From Octopus sinensis (lineage: Eukaryota), in contig NC_043017.1 in NCBI RefSeq assembly GCF_006345805.1, positions 26,660,001 to 26,724,000 on the forward strand: a stretch of DNA of 64,000 bases, written 5' to 3'. Shown here one piece after another: positions 52,160-64,000 of this stretch. Each line of letters starts with the position of its first letter. Position 1 is the stretch's first letter. The notes beneath the pieces are model-generated. The model ran no database searches. It was given only the letters and a program-made list of their open reading frames with translations, and was not told the DNA's origin. The position numbers and the translations under genes are program-made.

Positions 52160-52177
52160 TTAGGGTTAGGGTTAGGG
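52160..52177 (+). repeat. (TTAGGG)x3 interstitial telomere-type repeat
   Basis: ttagggttagggttaggg. Confidence 0.9.
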
Positions 52178-52893
52178 TTGTTTCTATTGTGACCAAATGA
52201 TGTTTGTGCAAATTAGCAAACTCTTTCCATGAATTGGATGTTGTCCGGACAGATTCACGGTCCGCCACGCTTGAGGTGAAGTGGTATGTTCGTGAACACA
52301 ACGCGCAACCCGGTCTAGGAATTAATATCACGATCATCGGATCGTAAGTGCAACAGCCTAATTACTAACATACATGTGTGTGTGTGTATGTGTGTGTGTT
52401 TGAGTATGTGCGTGCGTGTGTGTGCTGAATTGATGTCACATATATTTTTCTCTTTTCTTTTATTTATCATATGACAGTGGAGAAAAGCTTAAATGCGAAC
52501 TTCTCACTCGATTGTCACTTCAGTTTAACATTAACATTAACCAATTATCTCTACATCAGTACATAGCGTTCTAAGCAACATTCATTTTGTAAAAACAATT
52601 TTGTACATACGACAGCCAAAAAAGACAATATGTAACACAGCTCTATATACTGTTCACTTTTGAAAGCTTAATCTGAAACCGCTCAAGTGTTTACTTTTAT
52701 TTAAAAACACAAAAGCATTCTAATGAATTCTAATATACCCCCCCCCCACCCCTGTATTTTCAAATTTATTTCGTCCCATCCCTACCCCTCTCCCATGTTT
52801 ACAACGATGATGGAACACACTGCGGTGATATTGTTTTTGTTTTTGTTTTTCCAGTTTCAGCTCTTGAGCTGTGGCCATGCTGGGGCACCGCCA

Positions 52894-53056
52894 TTGTGGT
52901 GAAAGAGTACAGCAGGGATCACCACCCCCTGCCGGAGCCTCGTAGAGCTTTTAGGTGTTTTCGCTCAATAAACACACACAACGCCCAGTCTGAGAATCGA
53001 AACCGCGATCCTGCGACCGCGAGTCCGCTGCCCTAACCACTAGGCCATTGCGCCTC
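52894..53056 (-). mobile_element. SINE family C, 5' half
   Basis: Reverse complement of 32313-32475. It directly follows a SINE A tail fragment at about 52850-52892. Confidence 0.9.
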
Positions 53057-53248
53057 TTTCAGCAGCCGCTATATTAAGAACATTAAAAATGTTTTATAAT
53101 AAACACCTCGAATGATTCGTTGATATAATTTGTTACACTCTAACAACGCAGTATATGTATTCTCTTAAGTAAATAGCAGAACAGATTTCTCAGATAAATG
53201 GAACGAATAAAGAAATTAAAGGGTACGATAAACGACACTATCCTTTAA

Positions 53249-53468
53249 CCCTTTCGTTACTGTATTTATTTTGATATGCTCTGTGTTTCTTTCAATTACT
53301 TTAAATATTACAGAGAATTTAGGAAAATAACTTAGTTATCATTAAGCTAGTGTTAGGAACATAAATTGTGACTAAGGTTTGGTGGAAGATTTTAATTCAA
53401 AACTTATGAAAGCAAGACATTTGTACTCAGAACCAGAGCCGGTTTCAGCCGGGTTGGTAACGACAAGG
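53249..53468 (-). mobile_element. piggyBac-type MITE with TTAA on both sides
   Basis: TTAA(53245-48) CCCTTTCGTTAC...GTAACGACAAGG TTAA(53469-72). Homologous to 10887-11109. Confidence 0.85.
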
Positions 53469-54419
53469 TTAAATATGGGGACTAACAATTTCTATGGCCC
53501 TTTATCTTGTAGATCAAATTTTACTTTGTATAGATGTGACACGGACGCTTGCAAGGGCGTGGTGTCTGTGAAAGAAAACTCAGGCAGATTTTTTTCTGCG
53601 GGTGGTGTATTATGATACGGGTGATGTATTATGACAACACTTCAATGGTTCTAATGGATAAGAGCTAATTAAATATATCATTGCATCTTGATTGATACTC
53701 TATCCTATTTAACGAATCCACAACTGATCTTAAAACTTACGTGTTGTGGGTAAGATGGCTACGATCTGACAGCTGAGATTAATGGTAGTTACGATGCTTT
53801 ACACGACGTCCTAGGCATTGGATTCGATCACAGTAATATTGAGATACTTGTTTCTTGGTGGATAAATAGAATAGTCGTTGTGGTCATTACAAAATTTCAC
53901 AGGCGTTTTATGTATTACCCTGTGTAATCAGTTCCTGATATTTGCGATGTGATTTCAAATTCTGTGACATTTACAAAACCTTGCTGCAAAAAGAAAAATA
54001 TGAATTTTCGTGAGACGACTAATGATGGTACACTACCTTCAAACGGAGGAGTGAATCATAGGGATTAACACCAAGGAATCATAGGAACTAACCGCAATTT
54101 GATATCGTGTGGAGGGTAAACATTATGATAAAAACCATAAGAGGTATACATTGAAGTGTTCCCATTTAAATTTGCATGATTTTCTACTAGTTTTTCTTAT
54201 GTAAGTCATTGTTAGTATGCTCTGTCCTTTTTACTTTCCAACCGCATTAAGTCGTTCAATAAGTCTCTATGAATACTCGTATGAAATACCTACATAAGTT
54301 GAGATTCTGAAACGGATGCCCGAGGGCGGCGCGCTCCATAGTGGGACCACTACAACTACTGAAACATGTTTGTATGCATGCATCGCTGAAAATGCTACAT
54401 CTATAATAATAAAAACATG

Positions 54420-55490
<1,071 letters not shown>

Positions 55491-55834
55491 GTGTGCTATG
55501 TACCTGTGGATACGAATTTCAATTTGTGATAACGTAAACATTTTCTTACAAGGCTATAGACCGGCGTATAGATGTAATTATTTATTCCTTATCTCTCTTT
55601 TCTATTATAACTGAAAATATCTTTAAAGGAATACATGCAAGCATCCCTTATCACTTGTCCAATGCGTTCACTTTTATGTGTTCTACATTAATTATCTAAA
55701 TCCTTAGATAATATTCTTACACGGTTTCTAATTCAAAGCCTGCGATTATTAATTCAGTCCTGCGATTTACATGCCGTATGAGACATGAAAATTAGATAGC
55801 AAATTGCGATTTCATCTGCACTGTGTCCCTAATG

Positions 55835-55979
55835 TACCTCTCTCTCTATATCTTTGTCTCTCTCTCTCCTCTCTCTCTCTCTCTGTGTGTCTCTCTCTCT
55901 TTCACACTCATACACTTTCCCCGCTGTATATCTGGATGTAAGTATGTTTATATATATACATATACATACATATACATAT

Positions 55980-56034
<55 letters not shown>

Positions 56035-56111
56035 TATATATATATATATACACATATATATATATGTATATATATAAATATATACATATTAACATCTCTC
56101 TCTCTCTCTCT

Positions 56112-56168
<57 letters not shown>

Positions 56169-56204
56169 TGTATAGATAGATAGATACATATCTTCATATG
56201 TATT

Positions 56205-56258
<54 letters not shown>

Positions 56259-56270
56259 TGTGTGTGTGTG
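55835..56270. repeat. Compound (CT)n/(TA)n/(TG)n arrays
   Basis: Read directly from the sequence. Confidence 0.95.
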
Positions 56271-57104
56271 TATTTGATGGCGACTTATATAATACGGCAT
56301 AAAACAGAATTATACAACAAAATATGTGAAATTTATAAAAATACGCAAACTCTGATAAAAATACATTTGCTATTTCTGCCGAAAGGCAAATTCTCTCTAG
56401 CTTCATACTGAAAGGTCACCGACCATAAAATGTCGCACACAGAATTTAAAATCCTAGGCATCTACTGCAGAAAGGATATCAATTAAGTAAGTGCATATGT
56501 GATAAAACCCTAAATCTATTACAGAGAAATATACTTTTTACAATCATATTAACACTGTTACGTATAAAAATAAATACCAAAGAAAAGAGCTTAGCTTAAA
56601 ATAAAACTGATTTGAAATGTGTTGAATCTGCACGATATTCTAAGTAAGCGTTATTACTAAGTATGAAGAAATTAAATTTAAGGACTTATTTATTACCCTG
56701 AAACGTGCCTACGATATATATTAAATGGATTGGTTCTCTTCAAAGAAGAGCAAGAATTTGTAATATTGATTGAAATGCTGATTCAGTATAGTTGGAATCT
56801 GTTACATTTTGCTTAAGACCGTGTGCAAACTATAGCAGTTTGCACCTTTTCAATTGTCTAGAAGCGTAAGAGCGTGGTTGAGGTTCGACTGTTACGCTGG
56901 ATAGGTTTTAAAAATTTAGAACTTTGGAACCGGCATTCGATGAACCCGGAAGACGTAAGCGTTATAATCATTTATAACTACTTGAGAAAAGAGTACTTTG
57001 TTTCGAGGGACATTGCCAGCGTGCTAAACAGGAGCTGGCAAGTGAATTATTGCCATGCATGCTACACCATAGCCGTATATGTGCTGGTCGTGCAAACACA
57101 ACTG

Positions 57105-57500
57105 ATGTGGTGTGCTAGGAAGTTGCTGGTTTGGGGTAAAACAAAATTAGGAAGATCAGTTAATTATAATTTTATTCAATATATTCCCCTCTCAGATTCG
57201 TACATTTATTGCAGCGGACCTTCAATTTTGCTAAGCCCTGTAAAAGAACTTAGACGTTTCTGAGTTCTTTTAAAGTTCTTTGACTGTATCGACCTTGGGC
57301 AATACAGTTAAAGATAAGAGGTTTTTAGCTCGTCCTCGTATGTAGATCAACCCTCCAGAGACCATGGATGGCTCCCTAAAGTTCTCTCTCAACAAATGCA
57401 TGGACGAAATGGCTGGCGTGTGCGCATTAAAAATTGCCGAACCTGCTCGATCTAATGGTGATCATCCATAGTTGGACGGGGCATGGAGATCAAAATGTGT
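57105..57500 (-). mobile_element. Mariner transposase 3' remnant
   Basis: Minus strand GLAKLKVRCNKCTNLRGEYIE* matches the mariner C-terminus. Homologous to 5240-5360. The extent beyond 57260 is tentative. Confidence 0.7.
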
Positions 57501-57834
57501 TGCAACCACGTGTGAAATTATGTAGTAACTTTTAAAAAATATATATATATATATTGTCTGTTTTTTTTTTCGTCGTGATACATACAGCAAATCGCTCAGC
57601 AATCTAAAACATAATTTCAGTCCAAATGAAAACAAAATGTTCCTCAAACCAAACTAAATGCATAAAAATATAAATAATTAAAAGGAAACCCAACTAGTTT
57701 GGTAGCTTTATAGAGTATTTTCAAAGCTGAAGCAATTTCTTCCGCAATTATAACATTGGAAAATGCTACAGAACTGAGTTTCTATTCAAATTAACGGACA
57801 CTAAATGAGAAATTTTGTCATCATCATGAACCAC

Positions 57835-57875
<41 letters not shown>

Positions 57876-57879
57876 GAAA

Positions 57880-58050
57880 TTTATAGGAAAGCAACAGACG
57901 AAGACAGGTGTATGAACAACAAGCAAGTCTTCTGGTTTGACATTCGAGAAAACGAAGAGTCTGTTATGCCTCGAGACTACGCTCTTCAAGAGAAAGGAAT
58001 AAGAAAAAATAAACAGAATGAAAAAACCAAAAACTTGTGGTTTTCAGCGG
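57880..58050 (-). repeat. Dispersed repeat (same family as 34565-34690) with an eroded hammerhead-like motif
   Basis: Minus strand reads CTCTTGA-A-GAG-cgtagt-CTC-GAGG at 57992-57969, with shared downstream cacctgtcttcgtct. Confidence 0.55.
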
Positions 58051-59799
58051 TCTAGCATAGCAAATACATACATATATACATACATACATACATACATACA
58101 TACATACATACATACATACATACCTGCATACATACATACATACATACATACCTGCATACATACATACATGGCGTGTGTACCGTTGGCGATTTTTTTCCTC
58201 CGTCTTCCCTTCCTTCCTGAACGTCCAATAACACTATACTTGTTCTACCTCCTCGCGTTCTTGTGTTTTCTCTTTGTTCTGTTGTACACAGCGCATAGAA
58301 GAATATTCTTGGAACAACGGAGTCCTTGTAATTCAATTATAGGAACTTGCGCGAGTAAACTTAAAGGCTGAATTAGTTGTCCTTTATCCTATCTGATCAC
58401 AGATCCACATGTTCGCAGGATAGCGGACTTGCAGTCTCAGAGCATTGAACATATGGTTAACCAGCCATTGAGTGGATGTAATAAAATTCGTTTCTCTTCG
58501 GGAGATGACATATAAATTATATATAATAAGATCTTTATATCTGCAGTAGATTGCTTTAACTGTTACAACGTAAAATCGCAGTATATGTTTAGAAAGAGTC
58601 TTATAGGCGACAATAGATTTTTATAACCGTAATGTCTTACTGCGCACACACACAAACACACACACATACATACACTCAGATATACACAGAGGCACGTTCA
58701 TATGATACACATTCACATTCGCATACATGGAGAGCGCATGTGCGAGTAAGCGAACGAGACATAAAGAGAGATAGAGAGTGAGAGATTCACAGATATAAGT
58801 AATTGATTTATAGAAACATATACAAGCTGCAATGGTATGGGACTATTTGTAAATTTAATACTAACAAGAAACTAAAACACTTATGTCAACATTGCTATGA
58901 AAATTTAGTAGATATACTCCATGGAGAAACGCCAAATTTCTCAAATATATATAGCTTACAGGAAAATACAGTTTTATGAAACAAAATACTGTTTTGTCAA
59001 ATAGTTCTAAATGGACAAATCAGTTGTATATAATCCGAAAAGTAAGTTAAGAAATCTATTTACAGCTATAAGTAATAAACCATTTTCACTCAAAGAAATA
59101 GACACGAGTCATTAGATTTAATGTCCCCAAATATCATAGACGTTGTGATTTTAAAGGTTTCGTTAAATGTTACGATAGATATTCAAATTATAACCTGCAG
59201 GGAATTTGTTAAGTTAAACTATTGATTGGAGACGGGAATTGATTTATGTTTAATACGCGCATGAGGCATGGTATTAAATGAAATATTTTCTACCCAGTTT
59301 CCTTAGATAAAATCAAGCAGTATGAATTTACGTACGAACATTTACATAAATTATAATTACTTGGGTCATTCCAGATGGCGTTGTAAGTGAGTTGGCTTTT
59401 GAACTGCTGTAGAATGTAATAATTCTACTACTACATTACTATACATTAGTAAGATATCCTACCAAATATCGTTATTCTGCAGTAACGGAAACGGCTGTAA
59501 AGAGTATATTTAATACACTCTACTAAACACTGTGTACCACAGCTGACTGGGTTTCAGAATTATGTCGGTGCCTGAGGAAAATTTAGAAGCTCGTTATGCT
59601 ACAAAAGTTTTTGATATATAGTGGGCAAAAATTTTATTGAACCTTATGAAATGCTCTGGACTGATTATGGATATTCGTATGTGAGCCGAACATCTGGTTT
59701 TCGCTGGCAGGCAAGAGCAACCAAAGCATGTAAAATAGAAAAATCGTAATCATTACGTTTTGCGTAAGGACTTAATCCCCTCTGGCTTTTGGCAAGCAA

Positions 59800-60027
59800 G
59801 GTGTATTGGCAGAATGGTTAGTACACCGGGCGAAATGCTAAGCAGTATTCCGCCTGCCGTTATGTTCTGAGTTCAAATTCCGCCGAGGTCGACTTTGCCT
59901 TTCATCCTTTCCGGGTCGATTAAATAAGTACCAGTTACGCACTGGGGTCGATATAATCGACTTAACCCGTTTGTCTGTCTTTGCTTATCCTTTCTGCGTT
60001 TAGCCCCTTATGGGTAGTAAAGAAATG
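59800..60027 (+). mobile_element. SINE family B, near full length
   Basis: ggcagaatggttagtacaccgggcgaaatg...gagttcaaattccgccgaggtcgac...gggtagtaaagaaat. Confidence 0.92.
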
Positions 60028-60069
60028 TGTATGTAGGTAATCTAGGAATTCGGGAAGATTTACGTTGCA

Positions 60070-60370
60070 AAAGACCAGATCACCTGCACCACTAACCAGT
60101 CCACAAGCCCATCCCAGTAAACCGGTGCTTGATAGAGATGGGCAAAAAGAGTCGTTCCTCATCCTCCCTATATTTCGACCTTGCTCTCTTTGACTTTTGG
60201 TTGGTCCACAAGCTGAAAGTGGAGGTGAAGATAGTGGTGACAAAGAACATGGTTTGTTTAACATCTATAGGTCTATCACGAGTGTCTGGAACTATAAAAC
60301 AACAGCTTCAATTCACAGAACACTACCTTGAAGGAGGTTATGATTTCTTGGAAATTAATACATATCTGTG
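60070..60370 (+). mobile_element. Mariner DD34D transposase catalytic-region remnant
   Basis: PVHKPIPVNRCLIEMGKK, then frameshifted VVPHPPY, then DLALFDFWLVHKLK, matching DNAPVH...VPHPPYSPDLAP.DFWLFPKLK. Confidence 0.8.
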
Positions 60371-60578
60371 CTGAAAAACTGTCAAAACATCTGTTGTGTA
60401 CCTCTTAATCAATATTTACTGTGAATCTCGAATGAGAATGTAGATAAATATATGTTGTGCCGTTATCAAAGTGTCTTAAATCACGAAGTAATTTTCTTGC
60501 GTTTCAATATAATTTATTACGGAGATGTACTTCCATAGCAAGTGACTTGATCTGAGATTGTGTGCTGGAACGAAAACA

Positions 60579-60845
60579 ATTGCAGCGTGGTAGGTGTTTG
60601 TAAGCCATTTAAGAAACACACAAAAGTCGTTCGATTCACTTCAAAATTTAAGCTTAATTTGTCAAAATATTTTCGTCGTTATAAGACCGCGACCTGTTCA
60701 GATGCAGCACGGAATTTTGTCAGTGAACAGGTCGCTGTCTTATAGCGACGAAAATATTTTGACAAATTAAACTTAAATGTTGAAGTGAATCGAACGGCCT
60801 TTGTGTGCTTCTTAAATGGTTTACTAACACCTTCCACGCTGCAAT
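60579..60845. mobile_element. Fold-back/MITE-like palindrome with about 122-bp arms and a 23-nt loop
   Basis: attgcagcgtgg...gacctgttca (60579-60700) pairs with tgaacaggtc...ccacgctgcaat (60724-60845). Confidence 0.88.
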
Positions 60846-61339
60846 ATAATTTATATTTTCCAAACTTTATGCTACTGCAGTAAAGACGTTTCATCTATAA
60901 CTGCAATGTCTGCCAAAAGATAAAGATATTTTAAACAGAAATATAAGAAAACATTTTTTAAATACTTCAGAAAAGCGACAAGCGAGAAAAACAATAAATC
61001 AAAAACCTAATTTATTTCTTAGAAAGAAAATCATTTTCAAAGTATATTTAAAAGGATACTCAGCACATTTTTCAGTCCAGACAGAAACGCCTCGAAGGAC
61101 CAGCAGCTGATCTGCGACTTAGTTGCTGCAGCTAATTAATTATTCAAGAGAAAACCTGACGTACCTAAATTGTTACAGGAATATCTAACATTTTGTCATT
61201 ATAACAATTGACCAGAAGTACAATTTAGCAGCATATCGAGTCAAAAATTTTATAGAATATTTCAAATAATAGGATTAAAGAAAATGATAACATATACGAT
61301 TGAAAATGGCGTTCATGAAGATTCTGTCACGCGCGTTAC

Positions 61340-61340
61340 T

Positions 61341-61396
<56 letters not shown>

Positions 61397-61523
61397 CAAT
61401 AATAATAATAATAATAATAATCATCGAATTCATCGTCGTCGTCATCATCATCACCAGCATCATCATCATCCTCATCATCAGCATCATCATCATCATCAAC
61501 ATCATCATCACCACAACACCACC

Positions 61524-61573
<50 letters not shown>

Positions 61574-61575
61574 AA
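61340..61575. repeat. Compound trinucleotide array (TAA)n-(CAT)n-(CAC)n-(CAT)n
   Basis: Read directly from the sequence. Confidence 0.97.
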
Positions 61576-61579
61576 TTGA

Positions 61580-61725
61580 GGCGGGGTGTCAGCAGAACTA
61601 TTAACACAGTATGTGTGCTTTGAGTGATTTCGACGGTCATTCGCTTCTGAGTTCAAGTTCCTCCGAAGTCGATTTTGCTATTCATTCGCCTGGCCTTAAT
61701 AAACTAAGTAGCAGTTGAGCATTTT
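61580..61725 (+). mobile_element. SINE family B, old
   Basis: ggcggggtgtcagcagaac...ctgagttcaagttcctccgaagtcgattttgc...aagtagcagttgagca. Confidence 0.6.
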
Positions 61726-62489
61726 TCCCGGCACATTAAAGTCTGTCTTCGATTCCTGTCGAGGACAATTATACCAAAGTAATACTCTTGTATACATGGC
61801 AACCTAATAATTCCCCATAACTGCGATGCATCAGCATGGCCGCAGCTCTGAGCTGAAACTACAGAAGAAAAACAAAAAAAAACGCATGAGTATTTTTCTC
61901 AATTACAACACACTATCTTTATCAGCTCTATTAGATATATCTTAAGCTATGAAAGCAAATACATTCATTACTTCAATGTAAGAAAACCATTGAATATTAA
62001 AGTATATTATATAAGCTAGGTTGTGTTTGTGAGAAGAGAGTAGATAGATTAATACTTCTTTGGATTCCAAAACTGTTGATAGAAACAAAAGAATTATATT
62101 TAAAAAACAAACATATCTGTATACTTACCACTAAAGCTGATACAAGAATTTTAGAAATATATTCTGCGAGCCTGGTAATTATCAATTTCAGTAATCGAAA
62201 TTTATAAAATGCCAGCTATAAAAGCTGATGGATGTGTCTGAGACCGAAAGAAATTTTAAAGTGCTAAAGATAAAACCGCGGAAGTAAAATAGTATATGTA
62301 GTATAACAGATCCCGTTTTCTAGCGTCACAAAAAAATATCTATCTATAAAATGTGCACTTGTTCTAAACAAATTCTGATACCGAGTCCATTTCCTACGAG
62401 AAAAGAAAGGCCATGGCACCGTTTATGACCAATACACTTTTCGATATAAATTTGTTTGCAATACATTTTGTAAAATAATTATATCTAGT

Positions 62490-62492
62490 TAT

Positions 62493-62551
<59 letters not shown>
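62490..62551. repeat. (TAA)n
   Basis: Read directly from the sequence. Confidence 0.97.
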
Positions 62552-62553
<2 letters not shown>

Positions 62554-62747
62554 GGGTCTGTTTCTGATATAACGATGTTACACATGCCTGTCATAAATCA
62601 TACGATCAATATCTATCACATCAAAACTAAAAATAGATTCATCGTACCTAACAAACTGATATGCATCCACATATGTATATATATATATATATATTTATTT
62701 ATACTAACCATGTATATATACATACATATTTATATAAGCATATAGAT

Positions 62748-62782
<35 letters not shown>

Positions 62783-62882
62783 TAATAATATAGGGTGAAA
62801 CTAATTAATTTGGAATAATCATTAATTTCACCAAGTAGATTTCGGCATGTAAAAGCCCCATTCGAGGAAAGTTTAAGTAATA

Positions 62883-63104
62883 CTAAGTAATTAAGGGTTT
62901 AGCAACGATTTGCCTCACCACGCACCGAGTTTAGAAATAGCAGTCAAAAAGTTATAGCTATTCTTTCTACTATAAGGGAGATCTCAGTAAGTGGTTTTAC
63001 TGAGATCTCCCTTTTAGTAGAAAGAATAGCTATAACTCTTTGACTGCTATTTCTAAACTCGGTGTGTGGTGAGGCAAGTCGTTGCTAAACCCTTAATTAC
63101 TTAG
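62883..63104. repeat. Near-perfect hairpin with about 108-bp arms and a 6-nt loop
   Basis: ctaagtaattaagggtttagcaacga...gggagatctcagtaa, loop gtggtt, then ttactgagatctccc...tcgttgctaaacccttaattacttag. Confidence 0.93.
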
Positions 63105-63162
63105 CATATATATATATATACTTACTTTGGTAGGTTTTGGCCATTATTGTCCCAGGCCATAT

Positions 63163-64000
63163 CTAACTTAATAGCATCCCGAATTGGGCAACATAGCCCA
63201 TTTGAGGAGAGAGGTGTATATTTATGGTGTTGTGTGCATGTGCAGGAAGTTCATCCGGGATTTTTTGAAAGAATTTGTCCAAATACTTTTTCAACTTTAT
63301 TTTGGGTATTTCTGCCTCATCATCTTTTGGTGTGATGTTAAAAAGGGCGTGGTCAAATGAGGCGAAATAAGTGCGCCGTATTGTTTTTATGTGATGCGAG
63401 TATAATTTATGTCGTTGGCGGATAGCACGAGGTTGAAGTCTTGGGTCTATCATAAAAGCGATGTCAACATCATTTGGGCAATGCTGATGGAATATTTTCC
63501 ACATCATGCAGATGATATAGTACTCATGGCGGCGTTGGAGGAAATAGATATTGAGCTTTTCTAGTCGACTTCAATAATCAAGGCCTGTCATGAGGTGCTT
63601 CAGATTTCATGCTACCTTGTTTCGTGTGGGTTGAACATAGTGAACAACAGTATTCAAGGTGGGGTTGAGAAAATATTGATAAGAGCAGGATAATGGTGCG
63701 GGTATCTCTCGACTGGAAATTCATAGAATCCAGGAGAAAATTCTGCTTATGTGGTTGTCTACAATTACTCCTAAGTCACTGATGTTGTTGGATACCATGA
63801 CAGATACACCTTTAGTGGGTATCCTCTTTTCCGAAGTAGATCAACTCAAATTTGTCCTCGTTCAACAGCATATTATTCTTTTCCGCCCATTGGATGACAA
63901 GCAGAAGATCTGACTGAAGGCATACCGAGTCACTCACTTCAGTGACGACCTCGTGGATCTTGGTATCATCTGCAAAGTCTCTTATGTCACAGTGTTTGAT
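63163..64000 (-). mobile_element. Degraded CR1-group LINE (RT domain and C-terminus), running off the right edge of the window
   Basis: IRDFADDTKIHEVVTEVSDSVCLQSDL..VIQWAEKNNMLLNEDKFELIYFG (FADD at 63976-63965), then SDLGVIVD, then LEKLNIYFLQRRHEYYIICMMWKIF and KKYLDKFFQKIPDE, across stops and frameshifts. Confidence 0.9.

Noticed and set aside
56874-57263. 129-aa + strand ORF
   Set aside because: Its 3' part is antisense to a mariner C-terminal remnant and it has no recognisable domain.
62825-62870. Minus-strand ggc...gcc-GAAA-tc-TA hammerhead-like half
   Set aside because: The upstream sequence reads cctcgaatgg, not CUGANGA, and stem I is absent.

Overview
Eukaryotic, very AT-rich, repeat-dominated DNA, most consistent with an octopod cephalopod (Octopus-like). 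This assignment is inferred from the recurring tRNA-derived SINE families and the density of (TA)n/(TATC)n arrays and was not checked against a database. No rRNA, genuine tRNA gene or CRISPR array is present, and almost all long ORFs in the supplied track are translations of microsatellites. Recognisable content: three SINE families in many copies; LINE remnants (CR1-group, RTE, Tx1/L1, CRE-type); mariner remnants; mariner- and piggyBac-type MITEs; a Helitron-like ORF stub; a possible solo LTR; and several long perfect or near-perfect hairpin elements. The most striking structure is a set of Penelope-like (PLE) fold-back units whose inverted arms each carry a hammerhead ribozyme motif pointing outward. 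These are 6612-7860 and 19543-21683 (the latter with a GIY-YIG remnant and 700-bp near-identical arms), a related pair with a mutated core bracketing 2 kb of non-PLE DNA (12495-14920), and a ribozyme-less derivative (26017-26290). A solo hammerhead sits at 42352-42396. Four phase-compatible candidate exons on the + strand (18519 to 43631) may belong to an unidentified host gene, but support is only splice signals and open frame.
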